The notes beneath the pieces were generated by a model. That model did not search any database. It saw nothing but the letters and a program-made list of their open reading frames with translations, and had not been told where the DNA came from. This document shows positions 24,801-36,400 of a stretch of DNA of 64,000 nucleotides, piece after piece. Source of the stretch: Rhizodiscina lignyota. Its lineage: Eukaryota. The translations under genes were made by a program, and so were the position numbers. The stretch lies in assembly GCA_010015805.1 (NCBI GenBank), contig ML978138.1, forward strand, positions 186,001-250,000. Direction: 5' to 3'. Positions within the stretch are counted from its first letter, which is position 1; the number at the start of each line of letters is the position of its first letter.

Positions 24801-27591
24801 GAAGCTGCCTTCGAATTCAATCAATCAGCGATCCTTTGCAATATAATTCGTCCACGTAATCTAATCCGTTGCTTCTTTCTGCACTTCTTGCGGCGCGGGC
24901 CGTGCCTTCCGCGGAAGTAGAAGCAAGTCTTGTTTCATATGAAAAGCGATTCAACGAAAACAACTTCATAACTGGGGGATACCGATCTGCGAAGGTTGCC
25001 TTGTTGAGGGCAGCATGATGTGTTGTACTGTCACAAGGGAGTTTCGATCGATTGGTCGCAGCGCCCCATCAAATGCAAACCTGTACGAGATGTCACGCGG
25101 ACACGTCTCCAACGACTTGGATAGTCGCCACACCTTTTTATTGCAAAGACAATCGTGGGCCGATGTGGGGATGTAAGAGGTTTATGATTTCGGCCTTGTA
25201 GAAGTTTTGCGCCCCGTTCAGTCTTTCCGACGATAACAGGGATATAAACATTACACATCCGTCTACTATTCGGCTTTATGCTGGTGCATTCCTCTTATGC
25301 TCTCCACGTGTGTTGGTGGATGCAGATGGACAAGGCTGAACCAATAGCGTTCCTCCGTAGCCCGGCATCTTGCTTCGAGTTTTTGCCTCGCTGCCTTGAC
25401 CAGGGTGCGCTGAGTGAGAATACCGCACTCCTTGGGTAGAGATCATGTCTTTGATGTTCCAAATTTTCCGTATTATTTGGAGCAGGGAAAGGCTTGTATG
25501 AATGCGACGCATTTACAGAGCCCGGTCATCCTCGTAGGCATGGCTCCTTGAGTGGAGCAAAATCGTAACACAATACTCAGGATCTTGTTGAAGTTGCCAG
25601 ATGACCAACGTATACAGTGGAAACTCTCTGAGTTGAGGCCGACGGGTAAATCGATCGAAACACTTCGCGCGAATATCGGTGCAACTGATTTTGAGCTCCG
25701 GATCTAGTGATGTCGCCCTTTCAGCCGGTTTGCATTTCTCTCGTCTGGATATCGGCTCCGCAATGCATCTGCAGTAGCCACATTAGCAATGTTGACTGGG
25801 AGTGCAAATAAATGATCGTTTAGACGCTTTTAGAATGGTGCGCAAACACGGGAGGCCAAGCCCTCTCAAGCCAGTGAAGTGCTTTATAATGACCCGGGTA
25901 GTGTAAGACAGAATCATCAAAGAACCAATCTTGTAGCACAGAAGCCTTGAAAGGGATGTGATGCGATGAGGTTGGCCATACACCATCCCTAGACATTCCG
26001 TCATTGCGGCGCTTGTTTGGAACGTTGACTGCCTTATTTTCAGGCGGCTACATCCTTCAGTTCCGGAAATAGCTCACCAAAATCAGGGATTAAAGCTCGG
26101 TGAGTAAGGCTGGCCGCTCTGGAACGGAGTCCACTGGTAGGAAATGTGAGATGGCTGAATGCGGAGGTTTCGAGCGTCTGTAGTGCGGTGGAACCTGATG
26201 GCGAGCGACAGGAATTCGCTGGGCATTGCAACCGAACTCCCCTAAGTCACAGACTTGTCGAAATAAACTGTCCGGAGCCTTGACCGTGGGACCTTTTCCC
26301 AAAGTGATTATTATAATTGACCGGCCCCGGAATTTGGAGTAAACACAGCCTTGCGCCTCAGCCACGTTAGCAAAGTCACAGGGCCGGTTTTAGCGCTGTG
26401 AAAGGATGAGACAATGACCATTAAGTCAAGACGCTGAGGTGCCCAAGACGAGCAGAAGGCAACTTAATGTGATACGTGAAACTGGCTGAGAGGCTTCATT
26501 GTTAGAGCATTAGCAATGTGCGACTCTCACCTGCTATCTTCTGCCTGCAATATATGACGCATGGGGCCTTTGTCACCTGGGGCGAGGCGAACGAGTCTCT
26601 GGTTCCTCAAATTTGCCTGCCTGAAGGCAATCGATACGGAAGTCATCGGACTACGAATGCCCTGGAATGTTAGAGAATAGTACTTGCCGTGATGCAAGGA
26701 ACAGCCGGCCTCGAAGTGAGTGGTAACACTATGGATTTACTTGTTGGAAGGGGGGACTTTATACCTCTGGTTTCACTCCTCGTACATGGATGGGGCAGGG
26801 TAGTCCTCTGAGGAGCCTCGCTCTGCTGGCAATCTCGAGAGATTCTCTGCTTTGCTTTGCTTTGGCTACACCGGGAAGGTTACGGCGTCAAAAAGCGGCA
26901 GTCGCAAACTGGTCAGCGCCTTATACACGTCAGGCAAAACGAGTCGCTTGCAGGTTGCATGGGGCGTAGCTGATGTATTGCCTTGCGGCTCTGCATGCGG
27001 ACGAGGTGGGAGGGGTCGAGATTGCGAATTTAGCGTGTTTGCCTTATGGTGCGCGCACTGCGCGACGATGTTATAACGCATGTCTGCATGCTTGCTGCCA
27101 CTGATCTCATTCATTGATGTCTCCTGATTACTGTGCGACGATCGGCTGTCCGCGGCGTTACGTCCCGAATTCGTTGGATTGCCTCTTCTTGCTGAATGCT
27201 GCGTCATATCCGAGAGGGGCGGAGTGACGGTATCGTTTGTAGGTGTACTTGGCTCACCCAAATGCGTTGGCAACTGACCGTTGTGGGCAAGCCATCTTTT
27301 GAGATGTTGATTGCTAGCAAGGGAAATTACGAATTTCGAGAGCGGTCACGACACTCTACGCCCTGGCGAAACCTGCACCTTCCCGTGGCCGCTCTCGACC
27401 ACCGCACCAGGAGAATTCGCTTTTTCTCCAGTCGTCGCTGTCCCGGCTGAGAGTCTAGCGCGGAACGGCAAGCCTTTATTCGCCAGGCAGAAGCGCACTG
27501 AGCAGCTCTGTGGCAAATCCCGCCTCAGCCACCTTTTGTTGCGCAAACTTAAGTTCTTCCTGATCCCTTAACTCCGAGCTCTCTGGACGAC

Positions 27592-30500
27592 ATGGCCTCG
27601 CTGCACGATGCTTTCATCCAGCACCTGCGGAACCAGCCGAGGAGCGGCAATTCCAGAAGTTCTCAAAAGCCGTGGAGCTGTCGCTACTGTCATGACCAGG
27701 GTCTCAAGAGCCAGATTTTCACCGAGAGTGACGCCCTGCTCCTTCATGTCGAGCAAATGCATCCCAACGATAAACCCGCACCTTGGGATCAGAGGGCAAA
27801 ACTTACATTTTTGAATGATTCTATGTAAGTAGCGCGCGTATTCATTTTTTTCTTATGCCAGAGCCGGCCGAAAACGGTACATGCGAATACAAAGCCGGCT
27901 GACGAGTTGATAGAAGCGAACTCCCACAAATCAGTAGCGCTCCCGACAGCCCTGCAAGATCCTCTAAAGGCTCCAGAGACGTGGATGGAAGAGTTCGCGA
28001 ATCCAGCGTGCGAGCGGAACCAGGTTCACGTTCTCCAAGTCGGACGCCCTCATTTGAGGAAACCCAGGCAGGACGTCCAAGGTCCAAACGCCGACATCAG
28101 GGTGACTCTGCAGCGCCTGATTCCCGATCGAATCAAACTTCGAGACAAAAAGTCGGCTCGTTTTCAGCGTCAGCCCCTCGAATCAGATCTGCTGTGACTG
28201 TGATGGAGGATGCAGATCCCGATTTTGTGGGACGTCCTTTAGCTAACACATCTTACGCCACGCCTTCTTCTCATAAGCTTTTTGACCCTGGTCCAAATCC
28301 GCCCCCACAGAGAGGCACCAAGGGGGTGTTAAGTCACGCGACCGCACGGAGTCCTGAGGCCCCAAATGCCACGCCAAGTCACCCTAGATCTCAGATGGGT
28401 CACATGTCCTCGACTAGTTATCCATCGATATCTCATAGCCGACCTTCATCGGGTTCAAGTCGACAAGGTGGTGTGCTAAAGTTAAAATACAATCCACTAT
28501 GGCCGACCTTGGTACTCCAGCCGGAGAGCAAGGACCTTTCTCAAGAGCAGTTGGCAGCTGAAGTAAAGTCGATTTATACTGGATTGACCATGGTCGAAAC
28601 GAAATGCATCCATATCGATAAAGCCCAGCAAGCGACACCACGGAGTGAATCTAAAATCACCGATGAGCATTGGTAAGTCGCCATGCGCATGTGATATCTT
28701 GGACTCTGCTAATCCCCTCTATGTAATAACAGGCAGGCCATGATTGCGCTCCATAGGACGTTACTTCATGAGCACCACGACTTCTTCTTAGCAAGCCAAC
28801 ACCCTGTTGCTTCTCCTGCACTAAAAAGGCTCGCTTTGAAGTATTCTATGCCGGCTCGGATGTGGAAGCATGGAATACATTCGTTTTTAGAGTTGCTCCG
28901 ACACCGCCTCCCGGAATCACTAGAATATATGTTGGCCTTCATCTACTTAGCTTACCAGATGATGGCGCTATTATACGAGACCGTCGGCACATTCCGAAAC
29001 ACCTGGATTGAGTGCCTCGGTGACCTTGGCCGCTATCGAATGGCTGTCGAGGACGAAGACGTACGAGATCGCGAGATTTGGGCGGGAGTTGCCAGGTCTT
29101 GGTATAATAAGGCAGCAGATACGAATCCCGCAATCGGTCGTCTTTTTCATCACCTAGCAATACTCGCTCGTCCGAACATGGTTCAGCAATTGTACTTATA
29201 CAATCGTTCGCTGACGAGTATCATTCCATTCATGAACGCACGCGAGAGTATTGTTACCATACTCGACCCTGTGCTCTCAGAGAATCCTCCATTACAATTG
29301 TCGTTGAGCGACGCGTCACTGCTCAAGATTCACGCGCTGCTATTTACAAAGAAAGAGTTAAACGCCGTTTCAGCAGCTATTGACATCTACATTAACGGTC
29401 TTGTTTCTTCCATCGCTCAAGAAGGGCCAAAGTGGCGCGAAACTGGATCGTTTACCGGCATCGCCAATGCAGGTGTTCTGTTCGACTTCGGCAATGAGAA
29501 AAACATTATGCGCTTCCTTTTCGAAGTACGCCGGAAGACCATTCAGCAGAAGGATCCCAAAAGCATGCCACCAGGGCTGCCTGAGGATCAGTCGGTTCCG
29601 GATATTCAGTCTTTGCCTGAATTAGACTCACAGACCCAGCTCTGCTTTGACCTCGCAACCCAGCTCTTTGTTTCGACATTCAAGACCGTCCTTTCACGTC
29701 GCAGTGACAAGAATGTCCTTTCCTACGTACACGTGTCTCTTGTCCTCCTCCTCAATGTTGTGCACATCGCGACTGCTTTCCCGAAAGAAAAATACGTTCG
29801 TGCTCTGCTCGATGCAGCACCCTGGAGCGAGCTGGTCTCGTATACGAATGCGCTTATTAGTACCGAAGACAATTTGGACGAAAACTACAAAAAAATTGTT
29901 TTATTCGAGGACGGAGGACGTCCACTACCCGAGGACTGGATGTTGCGAGGTCTGAGCTGGGCCTTTGAGTATTGCCCACGTGCTTGGTTCAAGGATGCTG
30001 CTGTTACTGAAGAAGAGGAGCGATATATGGAGTGGACATCTACGATGAAGGCTAGGGTTGATCGCGTGTTGAGTTTAGTCGTGCAACTTGCGCAGGTAAG
30101 GCAATCCTTCTATAGAAAGCTGTCGTGGTCATGCTGACCCCTTCACAGACAGGAGACTATATTCAATTCAATCCCGAAACGTCTCGCTTCTCCGTTGTTG
30201 GTGAGGAAGATGTTGTCATGGAGGATGATGAAGGCTACGAGTCAGATTCTGAACAGATGAAGGTGATTCAGGAGAAAGAGAGGAATAACACGGAATCTAC
30301 ACAAGCTTTGCCTGACGATTGTGCTGCAACTTTACGAACTGATTACGGGGTGAGCACTGAACGCAATTCTGCGTCTTCTACTTCGAAAGTGTTGTTAACT
30401 CACTGACGTAGACAATCGTACCCAATCTGGATGTGCTTAAGCAGCCAGATCTTGTCAATATCATCCTCGACCATTCGAACATGGCTATGGTCATTCCACA

Positions 30501-31177
30501 CGAATGTAAGTAATGACCGTGCATGTTCTTCACATTCTACGCTAATTGATTTCCTAGGCATGGCAACACTCTTAGACTCGGCCAATGCGCACGATATCTC
30601 AAGCAACGAAGCTGCAGCTGCATTGCACAATATCCGCAATGCCCTAAATGAATACAGGAACATCACCATTCAAGATAGCAACGACCAAGACCTGACGAAA
30701 TACTATGTTGGATCTTTGGCGACCTTCTTTTCAGAGCGACCAAGGCAACAAGGACGCTCAGATTTAAGTTCTGCAGTCACACCAAAGCCAGGCAATGTAA
30801 TCAACACACTTCATGCTGTTGCCCGGCAAAACAGCGATCCAGCAAAAAAGGGCGGCAGAATTGGCACTGGCCTTTTCAGCAGAACAACGACTGGCTTATC
30901 AGACATCACCTTCCCTCCCTCTGCTGAAGAGATGGATCTTGAAGTACCATCATCGAATATGGAACCCACCTTTGACACTCCCGACGAGAGGCCAGCAGTC
31001 GTCATCACTGATGATCGAAAAGTACGGGCCCAGGTTAGCAAGTTAGGCACAGCAGCCATTGCAGGGTGGATGGTGAAGAAATGGCTCACCCAAGCAAAGA
31101 AGAACCAGGAGGGAAGGGAAATATTGACCAAACCCATGACTACTGATCCTCAGATGGACACAGCGATGGAAACTTGA
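27592..31177 (+). CDS. EST1/SMG6-like protein: N-terminal C2H2-like finger, EST1 (14-3-3-like TPR) domain, C-terminal degenerate PIN-like region
   Basis: Introns 27825-27913, 28673-28732, 30096-30148, 30350-30411 and 30506-30557 link the ORF pieces in frame. EST1 motifs WIECLGDLGRYR, GRLFHHLAILAR, PFMNARES and PLPEDW. The tail has TIVPNLD..MVIP and AVVITDDRKVRAQVSKLG. Confidence 0.85.
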
Positions 31178-32625
31178 ACTAATAACGGACGGAAGAGATG
31201 GCTGTGTCATTTGACGCCTGGCAATGCAGTACACGCCCTTTCCCAATAGTACCTCATTATCAGAGGCGCTCCAGATTGGCAACCATTTAAGTTTCATCCG
31301 CCCATAACCCCGCAACACATGACTCAAGGAGTCTGGAATGACATCGAGCATTCAGGGCGGATCCCGACTTCATCAATCCTCTGACATGTTACCTGCCCGG
31401 CCCCGTGGGTACACAGATTGGCTCACTCATTGAAGCCTCCATTTTTAAGCACATTACCACTTCTCCAGCCAAGCAACGGAGGTCACTACCAACCCAACTA
31501 CGTATGCAGTACTTCGAGGCGCACAACGCGACGAGACTGTCACAGCTCCAGTTTTTTTTTTCAAGACTGGCATAGCTTTCATACGTTAACCCGGTGAAAT
31601 ATACGAAAAAAAGGCTCGTTAATGCGAGCGTGTAAATGTCTTCTTCTGAATATGTGATTGGTTCTTCTCAGTTGAGATTGGCTTTAATGACAAGTTTATT
31701 TAATGACGAAATGACTTCTGCTGCGTCTCTGAACGGTCTACTTGGGAGGTGTCGTTTCAAATACAGGGCGTTTAGCGTACAAGGTGTATGTGTATGATAA
31801 TTCAAGAGGGTAGAACTGGTTTGATCAATACATGGAATGTTATACTTCGTTCGACCCCTACATCGTATGTCGTTCTTCATTATGATGATGATAATGACGT
31901 TATCCCGTCCGACATCTACTCAATGACAAGCATCATCCTTTCTTCACCATGGCATGTGCCACGCCTCGCTGTGAGGAGACAATGGTTCGCTGCCGATGAC
32001 ACCGGAACTGAAAAGAGCGGCGACTGGGCAAGAGGGAAGATGGCTTTCATGCAAGGACGCAAGTTTGCCGATATCATCAAGACTAGCGGGGAGAAAATAT
32101 CAGCACTTGGGTTGAGGGTAGTCCGTCATATTCCATACGCCTCAGCCATCTCGACATCTGGTCCTTCTCGACACACCAAGTAGAGAAGATATAGCATCCA
32201 AAATCTTTGATAATTAAGGCGGGTATATCTCCTCTCTGTCACTGTGTATGCTTTTAAGCTGAGTCTTTTCCCTCGTAGAAGTGGGGAGTATTATGATATG
32301 TATCTTTGAATTGACGGATAGCACATATACCCTCAGCTCCGTAGGTCCGTGTGATTGATCTTCGTCCAAAGGATGAGCCAATGGCGTGTCAAGCGTTCAT
32401 ATAATAGATTAGGTTCATTAAATATAATAAGATTCATGAGGCTGATGAGACTTGTGCTCCAAGACCGAGTGTGAAGCGTTGACGAAAGGAAGTGGTTTAG
32501 AATTTGGACCAGCTTATTTATTTTACGTTCGTTTATGCGAGAAATATTCTGGTAGGCCTGGATTTTATGTACGGTGTTAGTGTTGACTATATAATTAAAA
32601 TGGGTTTGCCTAATCAATGCCTTCG

Positions 32626-32740
32626 GGCACCGTGGTCTAGTCAACAGGCTGCGTCGATAATCTTTAATAGTAAGACTTTAACCCGAAAAGAACAGATACG
32701 GTTAACCTGTTGGCAGTGCGTTCGACCCGCAGTCGGGCCA
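32626..32740 (+). other. tRNA-like element or pseudo-tRNA with Pol III A-box and B-box
   Basis: A-box-like TGGTCTAGT 32633-32641. T-arm TGCG-TTCGACC-CGCA 32717-32731. 5' GGC(A)CCG pairs with 3' CGGGCC plus a discriminator A. Stem ACAGG/CCTGT is followed by a 5-nt variable loop. The D-arm and anticodon loop are non-canonical. Confidence 0.4.
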
Positions 32741-33423
32741 AAAAATTTACTAACATTTAGGTGCCCAGTGACGGACAGCACCTTCTCGTGGTACTGGGTG
32801 TGAGTAATCTTAAAGATGAAACTAAGACTGTCCATTTTTTTGGGACTTTTTTTTGCTGTTTACAACTTTGATTCTACAGCACGCCAGCGAGCCCTCCAAT
32901 GAATAGGTCAGCCGGGCTTGAAATTCCTCTACCACTCCCTGGTGAAGAGAGCCCATATCCATCTTGTACCGAAGTCCCACAAGGACCGGCCAGTAAGCCC
33001 AGTCGTGCTCTCAATTTTTGCAGTTTGAATTATCTATGGACTCTAGCTTCCCTTTTTGCATGCCTAATCATATCGTACCGCGCAATATTCCCAGATGACT
33101 TTATCTCGCCCGATGGTGTTTGATATTGCGGCGTCGGAGCATGATCTGCATCCAGGGCAGTGATTGGCTGAGGGACGTGTACTAGCGCGACCAGGACCCC
33201 TGTTCCGCTGCGCTGGCCCCACCGGTCTTTTCCACAATCAAAACATCGGCGAGCGGTAAACGTCAACAACCCACCAACGCCCACCCGTCACCGTCACTCG
33301 CTTTCTCTTCCTTTCATTTCTGCATGTCCTTTTCTTTACCGCATACTTAGCTTTTCTTCGCCCTGTCGCCCTTCATCTCCTCCACCTTCGCGCGCTCCCA
33401 CATGCGCTCGTGACCGACCAATC

Positions 33424-36400
33424 ATGGCTGCCGTTGCCGAACGACCTCCTGATATCGACGATGACCCCTTTGCGCCGTCAGTCCATGATGCATCGCATCG
33501 ACAGCGATATGCCGGATTCGACACCTCCGCCTTCTCACTCTACTCCAATGGATCTCCCGCGCAAGCGAGACGCGCTCTGGAAGCTCACCTCGCGGAAACG
33601 GAGCGTCGGCTCCAGGAGGCTTCACAACTGGGCTCGGCACTCGTGAGACAACGCAGCGAGCTTGCGGAGAAACTGAAGGAGGTACAAGCGCACGATGACG
33701 AGCACGACATTGGACCGGATCTGCGGCAGAAGCTCGTCGATTTGGAAAAGGAGTTTAATGAAGTCGGCAAGGAGACCGCGCGCGCATTCATACCAAAACC
33801 ACGCGTGCCGAGCAATGAGTCGACGAAGAGCACAGAGGCGGTTCTGGAGGTGGGAGGCCGTGACAGCCCTACCAAGGTCCAGCCACCCAGCTTGAACAGT
33901 CGGAAGCTGCGAAACCAAGCTCCGGGCCGAATCAATGACATCAAGCTCGCGACGGAAATTAGCAGCAGCCTGCTCAATCAGGTCCGGGAATTGCAAATGG
34001 CATACGCGGACAAGGATGATGCTCTCAAGGCTGCCATGGCCAACAAGTCGCAGCTCGAGCTGGAATTGGAAGGCGTAATGCAGAGGCTCAGGGCATTGGA
34101 TGAGAGTGAGCAAAGATACAAGGACGAGAATTGGAGCTTGGAAACAAGGGTTCAAGAGTTGGTCGCGGCGGCAAAGGAGTCCACCGAGCGAGAGCAGAAG
34201 CTCCAGCAAGGTGTAAAATCGGCGCAATCGGACAAGTCAAATGTGGAGCGGGAGCTGGAAGAGCTCAAGCAGGCGCATGGCAAGCTTAATGAACAGCACA
34301 CCACAGCCCGGAAGCATCACGAAGCCGAGGTTCTCTCACTGAAGAAGACTGCTACAACCGGAGAATCAGAGCGGGCTACACTTCAGCGTAAGCTTGAAGA
34401 CCTCACGTCACAGAATCAAGAGCTTGCGAAGGCAGTGGCGTACAAATTCCGCCCACAAGATGCGTCGTCCATGCGCGAGCTCACCCCCGAAGATGAGGAC
34501 GGCGACGGTGAAAGCCAACTCACGCCCGACAACTCGCCTCCGCCATCTCCTACGAAAGGCACGCCTAGGCACGGGGCCCTTGAGTCAGAAACCTTGAAGA
34601 GCAGTCTCCATCATGCGCACAGGATGATCCAAAATTTGAAGAACAACATTCACCGTGAGAAGACCGAGAAGCTAGAACTGCGTCGTATGCTTCAGGATGC
34701 CCGCGATGAGCTGGACATCCGCCGATCGGAGGCGGGCAACAGTGCTGCGAAAAAGCGAAAGTCCAAGGACGAGCTCAAAGAATTTAAGAAGCCTGCGCGT
34801 CCAGACCGGTTGGGTGTTGCTAGAGGTCCGACCAGCGAAATCGTGATGGATGATGAATGGGAAGATCAGGATGCCAGCGAAAGTCCTAGTCGTGTTGCTG
34901 CTGGCAAGGCATTGGCAAAGAAGCCGCCGATGGGCGATGCCGATAGCACGGATGCGTTCGAGACCGCCACCGAAAATTCCGACGCGTTCGAGACTGCGAC
35001 CGAACATGAGCGAAACACCGAGACCGATGCTTTCCATACAGGTGTGGAATCGCTGGCCGCCGACAGTAGTGATGATCTCACAGAGACTGAAGCAGCCGGC
35101 TCAACTGGCACTGGACGGAGAAATAACAGGCCTTCGATGGCAGCGGTCAACAACAAGAGAGGCCATGAGCGTGCAGACTCCTACCAAAGCACCGCATCCA
35201 CATCTGGCGACGAATTCGAAGAAGTGCGAACGCCAGTCCAGAGCCAGTCTGCTCAGAAGTTCAAGGCGAGGCTCGCCGGCCGTGGCAGTCTGCGCAAAAG
35301 CACCCCCCGCTCGGGTGCGCTGCTGTCAGACTCCTTCAAAGACTCCCCAGCAAGCGTGGCAAGCGGGGCAACTGGTACGAGCTCAGCCCAGTCGACACCG
35401 CAAGGGCCAAGTTTATTCGCTGAGCTTGGTGACTTTGACGCGTCTGATGATGAGAGTCCGATGTCAGATACACCGAGCCGTTCGCTTAATTCTCTGGAGA
35501 TCCCGCCTGAGGTGCAGCGAAAGCTCTCGCCTTTACAGCATAGCGAGGTTGTTGAAGAGCCAGTCAAGTCTCAGATGGTGGATTCGGCTATGATGACAGA
35601 GTCGTGGCAACCATCACTACTCGACAAGGGCAAAGAACTTGCTGGTGCTGTTCTTGCAGGTGGTATTGGCTTTGGATTGGGCAGGAAATCCGAGGATGCA
35701 GAGCCGCGAGAAGCCGAGGCAGGTGCTGAGCAAGAAACTGAAGCACCTGAACAGCTGGAATCTGTCGAGCCACAAGCACCAATGTCGGTACAGCTGGGCA
35801 TTTCGGAGATATCTGCAGTTGATACGGAGCCTGTGGACGTACCTACAGTCAAGGGTCCAGAGCCGGTACAGCTGGGTGTCTCGGAGATATCCGCAGTTGA
35901 CACAGAGCCCGTGGATATCCTAATTGCCAAGGCCCCACAGCCAGCGCCCATCCAGCTCGAATCCGTCCAGCCTGCGACTACACCGCCAGTGCAGCTGGAT
36001 ATGTCACAGATATCTGCTGTTGATACGCAGCCTGTGGATGTGCCTATCAAGACCACGGAACCCGCGCAGCTGGTCATGTCCCAGATCCACGCAGTTGATA
36101 CTGAGCCCGTGGATGTACCTACTGTCAAGCCCACAGAGCCTGTCTCCAGACAGCTCGAGGCTGTTGCACCAGAAACATCCACGCCGGTGCAGCTGGGTAT
36201 GTCTGAGGTATACACAGTTGATACTGAGCCCATGGATGTGCCTGTCGTCAAAGCTCCAGTGCCGATCTTTTCGACTCCGGGCATTTCATCTCAAGACACA
36301 GCACCGCAAACGCCCGTGAAGGCCGCGGACACTGTATCGACTCCGTTCTCTATCTCCAATGTGATTGAGCAATATGAGAGCGAGCCGGAGTCACCTCTCC

